Below the pieces are notes generated by a model. It saw only the letters and a program-made list of their open reading frames with translations. It searched no databases and was not told the DNA's origin. A program made the translations under genes and the position numbers. A stretch of DNA of 64,000 nucleotides from Acidobacteriota bacterium (GTDB lineage Bacteria > Acidobacteriota > UBA6911): positions 5,600,001 to 5,664,000 of the forward strand of contig OY761556.1 in NCBI GenBank assembly GCA_963664705.1. The letters run 5' to 3'. Positions 47,449 through 58,061 of the stretch are shown here, piece by piece. Position 1 is the stretch's first letter; each line of letters opens with the position of its first letter.

Positions 47449-48099
47449 GTGTCGACAGCAACAGACGATTTCATCCGGTCAAGCGGCAACCTGGCGTACG
47501 TCAATACGTGGCTCAAGTTGATTGCTTTTGTTCTGGTGCTTATTTCGCTGGCACTCGGCGCTGCGCTGATCATCAAGATCATTGATGGCCGGGCAGAACA
47601 TGTTGTACCGATTGTTATTAATCAGGCCACCGGGGATGCTCTGGCTGTCGATTACCGTGTCATCGATGCTGCCGGCGAAGACCGGTCTCCATTTGAGGTG
47701 CGTAAATTCTGCGAAGATTTCCTGGCAGAGGCATACACATTTAATCGCTTTACCGTCAAAACCAACCTCGAATCTATTGCCCGCTGGACGGCGCCGGAAT
47801 CTCTGGCTCAGGTCCGCGAAGCAATCAACCTGGCGCACCGGGCAGAGCTGATCAGCAAAAACGCTCAGGGGCTTTCGGAAATCACAAGCTTTCTGATTAC
47901 CGAGACAAAACCACTTCTTAAAGCGCAGGCTTATTTTCATGCCAAGGCCATCGCAGGCTCGGATGATGTTATCGAAGAAGGAACCTATCTGGCTGTACTT
48001 GTGATTAAGCCGATCAGACGTTCCGCCCGTAGCCCCCACGGTCTTGTCGTTATCGAATACCGCCAGAGTCAATTTCAGAACAACCCGGAGGAACCATGA
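47449..48099 (+). CDS. VirB8/TrbF-like protein
   Basis: N-terminal TM, PIVI and C-terminal SPHGLVVIEY. Confidence 0.75.
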   Translation: MSTATDDFIRSSGNLAYVNTWLKLIAFVLVLISLALGAALIIKIIDGRAEHVVPIVINQATGDALAVDYRVIDAAGEDRSPFEVRKFCEDFLAEAYTFNRFTVKTNLESIARWTAPESLAQVREAINLAHRAELISKNAQGLSEITSFLITETKPLLKAQAYFHAKAIAGSDDVIEEGTYLAVLVIKPIRRSARSPHGLVVIEYRQSQFQNNPEEP

Positions 48100-48875
48100 A
48101 ACTTTTGTCAGTAGTAACCGCAGTGTCTTTATATGCAGCCTCGGTATTTGCCGGCACCTTACCGCGAACACAGGTTTGTGATTTTGACGGTGAAAACGCT
48201 TCGAAGGTTTACAGGATTGTCACCACTCCCGGGGTGGGGACCACATTCCGGCTTCCGGAGGGATGGAAGATAACGGATTTTGTGGTCGCCGATCCGAAGA
48301 GCTTTCATGGCGAATCAAACGGTACGATCGGGATCGTCACGCCTCTTATTCCGAATAAGAGCACTTCGGTCAGCATCCATACGGATAATGACAAGCTTTT
48401 TGTCTTTAATCTCTCGGCCGAACCGGATCCCGGCGGATATGTGGATCAGCTGGTTATCGTGCAATCGGACAATACCCAGTTTTTCCGCCAGCGGGTCCGG
48501 AACGAAGCGCAGAAGATAGCAAAAGATCAAAACGAAGCGGCTGAAGCACGCTTCAATGCCTCTCTTGAACAAAGGAGCCGTCAGCTCCGGGAACAGCTGC
48601 TTTTTGCCATCAGCAGTAACTATGAGTTTACGGACCACTCCTTCTCCATCACCCGAGTGGCCGATGATGGCATCTTCACATATGTCCAACTGGCCAAATC
48701 CCAGGAACGCCCGGTTGTTTACCTCGCTGAATCCAAGGATCTCAAAAAGCTCGAGCCGGTCAAATACACCGATGAAGGCGAATACTACGTCATTCACCGC
48801 ACATTGCCGTCGGGAGACAAAACTTTTGTCCTGAAGCTTGGCAACCAGGTCAGCGAGATAAGGAGATCCCGATGA
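48096..48875 (+). CDS. VirB9/TrbG-like protein
   Basis: Signal peptide; NY...VADDGIFTY...PVVY motif. Confidence 0.8.
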   Translation: MKLLSVVTAVSLYAASVFAGTLPRTQVCDFDGENASKVYRIVTTPGVGTTFRLPEGWKITDFVVADPKSFHGESNGTIGIVTPLIPNKSTSVSIHTDNDKLFVFNLSAEPDPGGYVDQLVIVQSDNTQFFRQRVRNEAQKIAKDQNEAAEARFNASLEQRSRQLREQLLFAISSNYEFTDHSFSITRVADDGIFTYVQLAKSQERPVVYLAESKDLKKLEPVKYTDEGEYYVIHRTLPSGDKTFVLKLGNQVSEIRRSR

Positions 48876-50185
48876 GCAAACTGGGAGAGCCGGTAAATAC
48901 GGATATTGCGGTGGAAGAAACCGCGGCGCCGCCAAAACGCAAAAGGCCCCGATGGTGGCTTCCTGTCAGCGCAGCTGTTTTGCTTCTTATCGTAGCGGGA
49001 GGGCTGTATCGAGCTCTATCGAAGTCAGGCGGTTCTTCGCATCAGCCAACGGCAGAAGAACTCCAGCAGCTGAAATACGACTCTGAACGGAAGGACCGGG
49101 AAAAACAAAAGGCAGCTCAACTTCGGGATCAGCCATTCCTTGTCCGAAATAATGATGACACGCAGGCTCGGATCAGCGGCTTCCTCAGGGATTTGAACCC
49201 GAAGAAGGAAAGCGAAAAAATCACAAAACCGCTGGATGAGGCCAAGGCCAAATCCGAGGAAGAGGCAATTTCCCATGTATTAAGGAATGCTCCGCCCCCT
49301 CGCTCTGCCGCGGCAACCCCTTCCTACGAGGCGCCGCGAAGAACCACTCCGAAAACTCAGAATGCGGCCGCGCCGGATGCCGGCAGCATGGGACCCATGT
49401 TCATCTACTCACGTGACTTTGGCGGAGCAAAATATGTGGATGCCCCTCAGAAGCAGACTGTGCAACAAGCGGCTATGCCTGCCAGCGATTCAGCAAAAAC
49501 TGCTAAGGCGGCTATTGATAAGCCCAAGCCTGAAGACCCCAAGACTGAAAAGACTCAGCTAATTTATACAAATTATCCGCCAGTCACCCTGTATGAGGGA
49601 GAGATGCTTGATGCGGTGCTGGTGAACCGTCTCATCGCGGATACTGAAAGCTCGCCTGTGATCTGTCACTTGTCCCGGGACCTCTATGACCAGAGCGCAA
49701 AATATGTGGTGCTTCCAGCAAACTCCAGGATTATCGGATCCTCCCAGGTAGTGAATTACAAAGGTGCGCACAGGCTCTTTGTGAGTTTCAGCCGGATCAT
49801 CCTGCCGAACGGCCCATCGATCGATCTTCCTTCGAGCCAGAAGGCCTTGAAAGCTCTGGATGAAACCGGAGCACTCGGCATTGTTTCCAAGGTTGAACGT
49901 CATTGGTTCCTGCAATTTGGAACATCAATCCTTTTTGGTGTGCTGGATGGTATTTCAGGATTAGCTCAACGCAATCAGGAGGCAAATTCAAGCCGCGCGA
50001 TAGTCCTTGGCCGCACGTCAGAGAATTTTGGCCGCATTCTGGATTCCATCATGTCGCAGTACTCGACAATCGTGCCCACGATCCGCGTGGATCAGGGTAA
50101 GACGATGAGGATTTACCTCGCTGATGACATTGTGATCTCCCCATACGCAAGGATCTCTGACAGGAGCTACTATGCGAGCCATTAA
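48872..50185 (+). CDS. VirB10/TrbI-like protein
   Basis: TM, Pro/Ala-rich linker, LPANSRIIG, RIILPNG, DETGALG and PTIRVDQG. Confidence 0.88.
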   Translation: MSKLGEPVNTDIAVEETAAPPKRKRPRWWLPVSAAVLLLIVAGGLYRALSKSGGSSHQPTAEELQQLKYDSERKDREKQKAAQLRDQPFLVRNNDDTQARISGFLRDLNPKKESEKITKPLDEAKAKSEEEAISHVLRNAPPPRSAAATPSYEAPRRTTPKTQNAAAPDAGSMGPMFIYSRDFGGAKYVDAPQKQTVQQAAMPASDSAKTAKAAIDKPKPEDPKTEKTQLIYTNYPPVTLYEGEMLDAVLVNRLIADTESSPVICHLSRDLYDQSAKYVVLPANSRIIGSSQVVNYKGAHRLFVSFSRIILPNGPSIDLPSSQKALKALDETGALGIVSKVERHWFLQFGTSILFGVLDGISGLAQRNQEANSSRAIVLGRTSENFGRILDSIMSQYSTIVPTIRVDQGKTMRIYLADDIVISPYARISDRSYYASH

Positions 50186-50798
50186 GGTCCTGCCTGTCGC
50201 GCTTGCAATGCTCCTGCCAATCGGATCTTTCTGTCAGGACATGACAAGGAAAACAGACGCGCGGGCGTACCTCGCCGAGCTAGCCCGCCTGGGCGCCCGC
50301 AAACCATTTATTAAGGACTCACCAGATGTATATCTCGAACGGGCAAGCCTCGGTCAGTTCTTTACTGACCCGATCTACAAACGACTCGAAGGGAATGCCT
50401 ATTTTGGATATCGCTATGACGAAGGTTTTGTATTTGAAGGAAACGATATCCAGATCGAGATCATCAGAGATCTGACGCCAGATAGAGGATGCTCCGCCGC
50501 CTATCGTCTGGCTCTTGAAAAAGCTCTTGAGGCCGCAGGCATCCAGATAAAGCCGTTAGCTGCATATCAGATCGGAATCTGCGTTGTCGGAATTGAGGCG
50601 CGCGAAACTGAAAACACTCTTCCTGGTGTAATGGTCGAATCCTACCTCAGAAACGCCAATCACAAAAAATCGTTTTTCATTAGGTACGGTGCCGGCAGCC
50701 CTCGCAGCCTTGCGGCAGCCATCAGGCTATCGGCTGAAATGCTGGTTGCGGAACTGCAGGCACGATGGAAAGGCCATGAACTCACAGGCACTCGATAA
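50172..50798 (+). CDS. Hypothetical exported protein within the T4SS operon
   Basis: Signal-like N-terminus; overlaps both neighbours. Confidence 0.65.
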   Translation: MRAIKVLPVALAMLLPIGSFCQDMTRKTDARAYLAELARLGARKPFIKDSPDVYLERASLGQFFTDPIYKRLEGNAYFGYRYDEGFVFEGNDIQIEIIRDLTPDRGCSAAYRLALEKALEAAGIQIKPLAAYQIGICVVGIEARETENTLPGVMVESYLRNANHKKSFFIRYGAGSPRSLAAAIRLSAEMLVAELQARWKGHELTGTR

Positions 50799-51885
50799 GG
50801 AGTTACTCAAACTCTCGCTCAGCCCGATTGCTCCATGGGTGGATGATCCGGAGGTAACGGACATCCTGGTCTATGGAAGCAGACATGTGTATGTCCGCCG
50901 TCGCGGAAGCGCATTCGAGGGGGTGGATGCATCCTGGTTTTCAGATGCGGATCTGATGACGGCCGCCAAAACCATCGGCAGGCAGATGGCCCGCCGCCTT
51001 GATTCGAGGGAGCCTATCCTTGATGCCAGGCTGCCGGATAAGAGCCGGGTCAATATCATTATTGATCCCTGCTACCATCGTGGCGCCTGCATCGTGATTC
51101 GCAAATTCCCGGAACACCAGCTAACGCTGGACCAACTCTGTGGGTATGGATCTATCGATAGAGCAGGCATCGCCATCCTGGAAGCAATCGTAAGGCTCGG
51201 AAAAAACCTCCTGGTATCGGGCGGAACGGGGAGCGGCAAGACCACTCTGCTTAATTGCCTGTGCTCTTTCATCCCTGCTAACCACGTTGTCGTGACGGTG
51301 GAAGATGCCCGGGAGATTTCCATTTCAAATGAGCTCTGGGTCGCGCTTGAGACAAAGCACTCACTCGGTAGCGATGATCGCGAGGTGACACTCCGGGATC
51401 TGATCCGCGCAAGTCTCAGGATGAATCCCCGCTGGATCCTGGTAGGCGAAGTGCGCGGTCCTGAAGCACTGGATCTTGTCCGGGCATTCAATACCGGCCA
51501 CTGTGGAGCTGGAACGATTCATGCCAATTCTCCATATGACGCGCTCCTGGCCCTTGAAGCCCTGATATTGCAGTCCGGGCTTGATGTCCCGGCACGCGCA
51601 GTTAAGGAGATGGTCTCGCGTGCCATCCAGATTGTGATCCAGATGGGTGAGCTTCCGGATCACTCCCGCAGACTGATGGAGATCTCTGAAATCCAGGGCC
51701 TTGATTACGATCGCTCCACCTCGTTTCCTCCCTACAAGCTTCGGACACTTTATCAGTTTGAGTTTGACCACTATGAAACTGACGGCCAGGCGTGCGGACA
51801 GTTTTTTGTCAGGGAGAAGCCCTCCTGGCTTCGCGAACTACAGCTGATTCCCAATTACCAATTGCCTGAATTCTGGATGTCGTAA
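50776..51885 (+). CDS. VirB11/CpaF family ATPase
   Basis: DARLPDKSRV, SGGTGSGKTT, VEDARE, LRMNP..ILVGEVRG, TGH and TIHAN. Confidence 0.92.
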   Translation: MNSQALDKELLKLSLSPIAPWVDDPEVTDILVYGSRHVYVRRRGSAFEGVDASWFSDADLMTAAKTIGRQMARRLDSREPILDARLPDKSRVNIIIDPCYHRGACIVIRKFPEHQLTLDQLCGYGSIDRAGIAILEAIVRLGKNLLVSGGTGSGKTTLLNCLCSFIPANHVVVTVEDAREISISNELWVALETKHSLGSDDREVTLRDLIRASLRMNPRWILVGEVRGPEALDLVRAFNTGHCGAGTIHANSPYDALLALEALILQSGLDVPARAVKEMVSRAIQIVIQMGELPDHSRRLMEISEIQGLDYDRSTSFPPYKLRTLYQFEFDHYETDGQACGQFFVREKPSWLRELQLIPNYQLPEFWMS

Positions 51886-51896
51886 TGGAGGAGGCC

Positions 51897-52691
51897 ATGG
51901 ATCGAAATGATCCGCTTTACTCGGATGGAGTTGTCAAACTACGAACCCTTAAAACTCTTTTCGAAGGATTGAACAATATCCCGCCACAAGAGATTTCTGT
52001 GGCGCCACGACGGGATAGCACACCAAGTCGGGAAGAGCGCCTGGTCGAAAAGTGTAGAGACAGGGCTTTTGACGAGCATCAGGAACATCAGAAAAGATCG
52101 GAGTCCTTTCATCTCCTTAGCGACCGGTACCGGGAACTTGGGATGAGCAATCTGGCAGTTACCTACGGAGACCAGGCACGACTCGAAGGAGCCACCGCAA
52201 GAGGGTTTCAGAGCGTGCTGACGGTTTACGAAAAGAAGATGCCGTGGGAAGTCAGCCCCTTTGAGGCCAAGGGCGATCTCAATCATGCGGAACAATATCT
52301 GGAAAGCTACCGTGGCGATCGCAATGCCTTTGAAGAACACACTCTTCAGGTATCCAAGATCGAAGAAACCATCAAAACGCTTCAAACCCAATTAGCTGAC
52401 CGCCCTCCCACCCACGCAGAAAAAGAGCAGTTGACCGAAACCATCCACCAGAGGGAAAGGGCCATCCGGAATGCTGAGTACGAAGCCAGTAATGCCGTAT
52501 TGGCTTACCGGGGTTACCAGCGGGAGATGCAGGCGGCAGAACGAAACTACGATGCATTGACCAGATCGCAGGAACCTGAACTCGAAAAGACGGGAACAGA
52601 CGACCGCAGCCCAAATCAAAACCGAACGAATAAGCTCGCTGTGGGTGTCGCTGTTTACCAAACCCTGAAAGTACTGGACCACGAACTATAA
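51897..52691 (+). CDS. Hypothetical coiled-coil protein
   Basis: GGAGG RBS before ATG 51897; charged and helical; ends LDHEL. Confidence 0.7.
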   Translation: MDRNDPLYSDGVVKLRTLKTLFEGLNNIPPQEISVAPRRDSTPSREERLVEKCRDRAFDEHQEHQKRSESFHLLSDRYRELGMSNLAVTYGDQARLEGATARGFQSVLTVYEKKMPWEVSPFEAKGDLNHAEQYLESYRGDRNAFEEHTLQVSKIEETIKTLQTQLADRPPTHAEKEQLTETIHQRERAIRNAEYEASNAVLAYRGYQREMQAAERNYDALTRSQEPELEKTGTDDRSPNQNRTNKLAVGVAVYQTLKVLDHEL

Positions 52692-52702
52692 GGAGCTTTG
52701 CG

Positions 52703-53167
52703 ATGAATTACCGAACACTTTCCCTTTTGCTGTTGATTCTGATGGCTTCGCCGGTCATGGCTCAGGAATTTTCAATTGAGGAGCTGAGTGCCGAAGAACC
52801 AACTTCTATAAGGCCATTTTCGATAACCGGCGTTTCCCCAGCAGATGGGGGCCTTAGGATTTTCATTTCCACAGATAACCCCGCGAATGTTGCCGGCTTG
52901 CTGGCTGACGGGAGTCTTCAGGCTCAACTATCGGACAATGAAGCAGAGTCTGAAACACTGCTTTCGATTACATTCGGTAAGGTTGTCGTGTGTACCGCTG
53001 GAGCCGATCCCGTTTACCTTGCCTATGCTGATCCGGATCCGGATTGTGGCGGTCAGCCGCCGGCAGCTATTGCCTACTTTTTCGCCGTGGAAGCAACCCT
53101 GGGACCCAATCGCGATCTGGCGATCGGAGAAGATCCGGACTTCATGTGGCTTATCGAGGAGCAGTGA
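52703..53167 (+). CDS. Hypothetical secreted acidic protein
   Basis: AAGGAG RBS; signal peptide ending in VMA. Confidence 0.7.
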   Translation: MNYRTLSLLLLILMASPVMAQEFSIEELSAEEPTSIRPFSITGVSPADGGLRIFISTDNPANVAGLLADGSLQAQLSDNEAESETLLSITFGKVVVCTAGADPVYLAYADPDPDCGGQPPAAIAYFFAVEATLGPNRDLAIGEDPDFMWLIEEQ

Positions 53168-53811
53168 TGATTGTTACCTCGTGGGATTACATCATCGAAA
53201 ATTTCCGGGCTGAGGACTGCCTGGCAGTAGTGATCAGAAATAGTGATTGGGTAATAGAGCAGGTTGTTACGGCTGAGCAGTTGGCTAGCCGAAGTTTTCA
53301 TGTATGGCTCCGCCATGAGAATGATCACGGCGGCAATATTTACATAAGCATGAACCCGCTAAAACCGGGCGCTCGTGGACGAACCAGGCAGGACGTTGCA
53401 GTTGTCCGGCATATCTGTCTTGATCTTGATCAGGGTGGGACCAGCACACTCCTTCGCATCCTTGCTGACACACAACTGCCGGCGCCTTCTTATGTGTTGA
53501 GGACCTCAATTGGCAGGTTTCAGGTTGTCTGGAGAGTTGAGGGTTTTGGAATTCCTGATGCCGAACATCTGCAAAGGGCTCTGTCTCTCAAACATGATAC
53601 GGATTGCGCAGCAACGGATGTGACCAGCTTGTTACGAATCCCTGGTTTCTACAACTGGAAATACACTCCGCCGCATCTGGTGTGTGCGGTGCGGGTATCC
53701 AATCCCATTTATTGCCCGTCGAATTTTTCAGTTGAGTCGCATCTTTATGTGGTTCCCAAACCCCAAATACCAGGTTCGAGAACCACTAAAGGAAGTGGCC
53801 GGCCAGTCTGA
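53167..53811 (+). CDS. RepB-like DNA primase domain protein
   Basis: NIYISMNP, CLDLD, TS.GRFQVVW and ATD...LRIPGFYNWKY; C-terminus may be truncated. Confidence 0.8.
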   Translation: MIVTSWDYIIENFRAEDCLAVVIRNSDWVIEQVVTAEQLASRSFHVWLRHENDHGGNIYISMNPLKPGARGRTRQDVAVVRHICLDLDQGGTSTLLRILADTQLPAPSYVLRTSIGRFQVVWRVEGFGIPDAEHLQRALSLKHDTDCAATDVTSLLRIPGFYNWKYTPPHLVCAVRVSNPIYCPSNFSVESHLYVVPKPQIPGSRTTKGSGRPV

Positions 53812-53938
53812 AAGAGACTGAGCTGACACAGGGCGAGCCAGACTCCAGGTATTACCCGGCAGGCACGGTAGAAAGAACACGTCAGGAGCATGAAAACAGG
53901 AAGTTGAATGAGACCGATTTTACCCAATAGGAGGAGCT

Positions 53939-54754
53939 ATGGATAAAGAAGACAGAAAGTACTTCATCACAGGAAACACTTTTGCAGTCAAGGATCAGCT
54001 CAAGGATCTGGGATGCAAGTGGGACCTTGATTCGGCTCAGTGGTATCACCTGGATAAGGATATGGCGGATAAGGCTCAAGTCCTGGTTCCGCCGGGAATG
54101 GAGCGACACATCATCGGGCAGGCTCCCTATGAGATGAGAGAGCAACTGAAACAGCTCGGTGCCAAATGGGACCAGGAGGCGGGCCATTGGTTTCACATGG
54201 ACAAGGACATGGCACTGCGCGCCCAGCAGCTGATTGCGGATGCCGGCCCGCGCCATTACCTGTCGGGCAATGCGCACGATGTCAAAAGCCAACTGAAGGA
54301 TCTTGGCTGCCAATGGGATTCTGAGACAAAACAGTGGTTCCATATGGATAAGGAGATTGCTGTCAAAGCTCAGGCCGTAATCGAGCATGGGGCCGAGAAA
54401 CATTTTATTCAGGGCAATGGCTTTCCAGTTTCCGAACAACTCAAGGAGATGGATTGCCGATGGGATCCGGAAGCCAGGGTCTGGTATCACTTCGATAAAG
54501 ATGTGGCAACCAGGGCGCAGGCTTTAGTCAATAATGGTGCCGAAAGGCACTACATACCCGAAGTCCCTTACAACCTGAACGAGCGTCTTAAAGAGATGGG
54601 ATGCCGTTGGGATGCTGATGCCCGTTGCTGGTACCACACTGATCCCGAGGTCGGGAAAGAAGCCAACCGCCTGGCTCAGGAGACCAGGGAAGGGCTCCAG
54701 GGGCATGAATCGATCCAGCCCGCACTTACAGCTGAAGTAGAACACGGTATGTAA
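53939..54754 (+). CDS. Protein made of five tandem ~46-aa DUF5710-like repeats
   Basis: K.QLK.LG(C/A).WD.....W(Y/F)H.DK..A.(K/R)AQ repeated five times. Confidence 0.8.
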   Translation: MDKEDRKYFITGNTFAVKDQLKDLGCKWDLDSAQWYHLDKDMADKAQVLVPPGMERHIIGQAPYEMREQLKQLGAKWDQEAGHWFHMDKDMALRAQQLIADAGPRHYLSGNAHDVKSQLKDLGCQWDSETKQWFHMDKEIAVKAQAVIEHGAEKHFIQGNGFPVSEQLKEMDCRWDPEARVWYHFDKDVATRAQALVNNGAERHYIPEVPYNLNERLKEMGCRWDADARCWYHTDPEVGKEANRLAQETREGLQGHESIQPALTAEVEHGM

Positions 54755-54756
54755 CG

Positions 54757-57468
54757 ATGTTTACCTGCGCAAAGATCCGGGAAGGCAGTACATACTTGGG
54801 CAAGCATCTGACGGCCAACGACTATTACTGCGAAAATGAGCATGTCGCTGGTGCCTGGATGGGTCAGGCCGCTGAGAAACTTGGGCTGGCCGGGAATGCT
54901 ATTAATAAGGATGATGAAGCCTTCGAGTCCATCCGGCGCAACCTCAAGCCGGACGGATCCGGCCGATTAACGCCGCGTACAGCCGAACAGGGAGTCCGTT
55001 TTTTTGATTTCCAGTGCTCTGCCCAGAAAAGTGTTTCAATTATGGCAGTCACGATGGACGACCGCCGGCTGTACGCGGCTCATGAGGCAGCCGCTTCCAA
55101 AGCCTTTGCAGAGCTTGAACGCTTTGCAGCATTCCGCGCCGGAGCATCACGGCAGGCTCAGATCACCGGGAACCTTTGTGCGGCAGCATTCAGGCATGAC
55201 GCTTCCCGTGCCCTGGATCCTCAGATCCACACCCATTTCGTAGTTGCCAATGCCACCTGGGATCCGGAGCGGAAACGCTGGGTGGCTTTGGATACCTGCG
55301 AAATGTTCAAAGCCATCCGCTACGCAGGTAAGGTGTATCAGAACGAGCTGGCACTCGAATGCCGGAAGCTGGGATACCAGATTGAAGCTGCCCGAAACGA
55401 AAAGGGCATTGTTGAGGGGTTTGAGATCAAGGGCGTTTCCAGGGAGATCCAGGAGAGATTCAGCAAAAGACGCGCGGAGGTTGAGGCCGGGATCGAGAGG
55501 TTTAAGAATGAGAAAGGCCGGGCGCCTACTGTTCGAGAGATTCATGTAATTACCCGGGAGACGCGGAATGTCAAACTGAGGGAAATTACCACTCCGCAGG
55601 TTCGCGAGCTTCAGCGCTCGCAGCTATCTCAGTCCGAGTTTGCAGCACTTGAAGAAATCCGGAACAGGGCAGGGGGAGAGACTGGAATTACTCCGATGCA
55701 ATCTGCCTGGAAAGTGCTGCTGCAGGCGCGAGACCATATCTTCGAACGGCAGTCGGTTGTGCGCGGTCACCAGCTCTTTGCCGAATCCCTTAACCGCCAG
55801 CTTGGTTTTTTAAACCTCGAAAGCCTTAAGCGATATGCAAAGAGTGCTTATAACGGCCTTGTCCGGTTAACCGAGCACGCACGCAATCCGCTTCTGTCCT
55901 GTCAATGGTCCTCCCTCCGAAGCCTGCACCTCGAACGCTGGGCTACCGAGTTCGTGAACCAGACGCAGGATACCTGTCTGGCACTGGGAAATACTCGAGG
56001 AGTGCCGTTTGATTTCAGGTCAGATGAGCAACGTGAAGCTATCCTTGAAACATTGCAAAACACAGATCGGGTATATGCCATACGAGGGTGCGCCGGTGCA
56101 GGGAAGACAACCTGCCTCACAGAAATCAACAAAGGGCTGAAGGCTGCAGGCAAAAGAGCGTTTTATCTGGCACCCACGGCATCGGCTGTTGAGGTGCTTC
56201 GTCGGGATGGATTTACCGATGCTAAAACGGTTGATGATTTTCTGGTCAATGTCCAAAAGACCGCAGATCTGCGTGGATCCGTAATCATCATTGATGAATC
56301 CAGCCTTCAATCCAGTGAAATGGGATCCCGATTACTCCGGGTTGCCCAGATTCACGATACGCGGGTTTTGTTCGTTGGGGATGTCCGTCAGCATGTTTCG
56401 GTTGAGGCGGGGGACTTTTTACGGGTATTGGAACAGCATTCCAGCCTGAATCGTTCCGAACTCAATGATATCCGGCGGCAGAAGACCCGGGAATATAACG
56501 CAGCCGTGCGCACCATGTCCCAGGGAGATGCTCCGGGAGGACTAAGACAACTGGATGCATTGGGTTGGGTGCACGAATCCAAAGGGGAGTATGTTCAGAA
56601 AGCCGCGGACGCTTACTTTGATGCGACAAATGGTGGCAAAGATCTGGCTCGATGTATTGCCATTTCACCGACATGGGAAGAAAACTATCGATTTACTGAT
56701 GCAATCAGAAATGAGCTCAAAAGCAGAAAGATTCTGGGCGACGGTTCCAGAATAGTTGTCCATGACCAGCTGGATTGGACGGAGGAGCAGAAAAGTAACG
56801 CTGCCAACTACCGGCCGGGAATGCTCATAACGTTTAATGCCCGGGTTCGTGCCATTGAACGTGGCCAGACAGTTGAAATCGATCGTATCAATTCGGGTGA
56901 ACTGTGGCTGAGGGGATTTGATCGATCGATCGACGTTCGAAAATTGGCAAAGAAGATAGCAGTTTCATTGCCGCGAACCATTGAGATTTGCTCCGGCGAC
57001 AAGATCCTTATCCGCTCCAATAATCGCAAGGCTGGTCTTGTTAACGGTCAGGTTCTTACCGTAAAGCACCTGAACAGGGATGGATCCATTGAAACGGAGG
57101 AAGGGAAGTGTATATCTCCCGGCTTCCGCCATTTCTGCCACGGGTATGTTGTAACAAGTCACAAATCCCAGGGCCGGACGCATGACGAGGTCGTCATTGC
57201 CGCCGAGAAACTCGATTCCAAATCTGCATACGTTGCCTGCTCCAGAGGTCGTCATGAAGTCCGGGTGTTCACGCCAGAAAAATCACATCTGTTTGAGCAG
57301 CTTGATCGCCCTTCGGACCGCGTTGCCGTCACCGACGTAATCGGATCATCTCGTAACGCCTTCTGGCGGCAGGATCAGGCCGCCTGGCGGCGAGCAACGA
57401 TGCGTCATTACCCTTCAGATATGGTTCCCAATCGACGACAAAACACTGGAATTGAGATTGGGCAATAA
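54757..57468 (+). CDS. trwC: MOBF relaxase-helicase (TrwC/TraI family)
   Basis: DYY, FDFQCSAQKSVS, HDASRALDPQIHTH and FSKRR; helicase motifs GCAGAGKT, IDES and TSHKSQG. Confidence 0.95.
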   Translation: MFTCAKIREGSTYLGKHLTANDYYCENEHVAGAWMGQAAEKLGLAGNAINKDDEAFESIRRNLKPDGSGRLTPRTAEQGVRFFDFQCSAQKSVSIMAVTMDDRRLYAAHEAAASKAFAELERFAAFRAGASRQAQITGNLCAAAFRHDASRALDPQIHTHFVVANATWDPERKRWVALDTCEMFKAIRYAGKVYQNELALECRKLGYQIEAARNEKGIVEGFEIKGVSREIQERFSKRRAEVEAGIERFKNEKGRAPTVREIHVITRETRNVKLREITTPQVRELQRSQLSQSEFAALEEIRNRAGGETGITPMQSAWKVLLQARDHIFERQSVVRGHQLFAESLNRQLGFLNLESLKRYAKSAYNGLVRLTEHARNPLLSCQWSSLRSLHLERWATEFVNQTQDTCLALGNTRGVPFDFRSDEQREAILETLQNTDRVYAIRGCAGAGKTTCLTEINKGLKAAGKRAFYLAPTASAVEVLRRDGFTDAKTVDDFLVNVQKTADLRGSVIIIDESSLQSSEMGSRLLRVAQIHDTRVLFVGDVRQHVSVEAGDFLRVLEQHSSLNRSELNDIRRQKTREYNAAVRTMSQGDAPGGLRQLDALGWVHESKGEYVQKAADAYFDATNGGKDLARCIAISPTWEENYRFTDAIRNELKSRKILGDGSRIVVHDQLDWTEEQKSNAANYRPGMLITFNARVRAIERGQTVEIDRINSGELWLRGFDRSIDVRKLAKKIAVSLPRTIEICSGDKILIRSNNRKAGLVNGQVLTVKHLNRDGSIETEEGKCISPGFRHFCHGYVVTSHKSQGRTHDEVVIAAEKLDSKSAYVACSRGRHEVRVFTPEKSHLFEQLDRPSDRVAVTDVIGSSRNAFWRQDQAAWRRATMRHYPSDMVPNRRQNTGIEIGQ

Positions 57469-57477
57469 GGAGGCGCC

Positions 57478-57831
57478 ATGACTTTTCAATGCTACACGCC
57501 ACGTGCTTCACTTGGATCAACACCGGTTGGCGGATTGTTTATTTCAAGCGACGGCAACAGGTGCATCATACCGGATTACTGCCTGAACCAGGCTGAGCTT
57601 CTGAATGGATCCCGCCTGCTTCGTCTCAATTATTCCTCCTGCATAGTCGAGGTTGCAGGTCGAGGGCTTGGCCCGATTTTCGAGGATGTCTCCATAGGCA
57701 AACTTGGTGAGATTCAAACCGCTCCACGTGACATGGCGCCCGGTATTGAGCCTTGGGTATCGAGCATCGTTACATTACCCCTTCCCCAATCACTTTTTCC
57801 GGTATCCGGAGAGGAGCGCTTCGATGGCTAG
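57478..57831 (+). CDS. Hypothetical protein
   Basis: AGGAGG RBS directly after the relaxase. Confidence 0.6.
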   Translation: MTFQCYTPRASLGSTPVGGLFISSDGNRCIIPDYCLNQAELLNGSRLLRLNYSSCIVEVAGRGLGPIFEDVSIGKLGEIQTAPRDMAPGIEPWVSSIVTLPLPQSLFPVSGEERFDG

Positions 57832-57903
57832 TCCTTGCCGGTTACCCACCAGGGGAGTGGTGGAAATTCTAGGATTGGTGCCTTCCAATCCTAGACGCAA
57901 TAC

Positions 57904-58061
57904 CTCGAAGAATTTCTTCGAGCCATCGCGAAGAGGAAATATAGTGGAAATGCGTTTCCGCCTCATTTCCTCTTCGTTTCCACTTAATTTCCACTTCCCC
58001 CGGCTTATGCCGGCCAAGTGGAAATTTAGCGGAAATATATTTCCACTCGCGTTTCCACTTC
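57904..58061. promoter_or_regulatory. Dense GTGGAAAT/ATTTCCAC inverted-repeat cluster; candidate oriT or operator
   Basis: CTCGAAGAA-T-TTCTTCGAG palindrome, GAAGAGGAAAT...ATTTCCTCTTC and multiple (A)GTGGAAAT units in both orientations. Confidence 0.55.
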
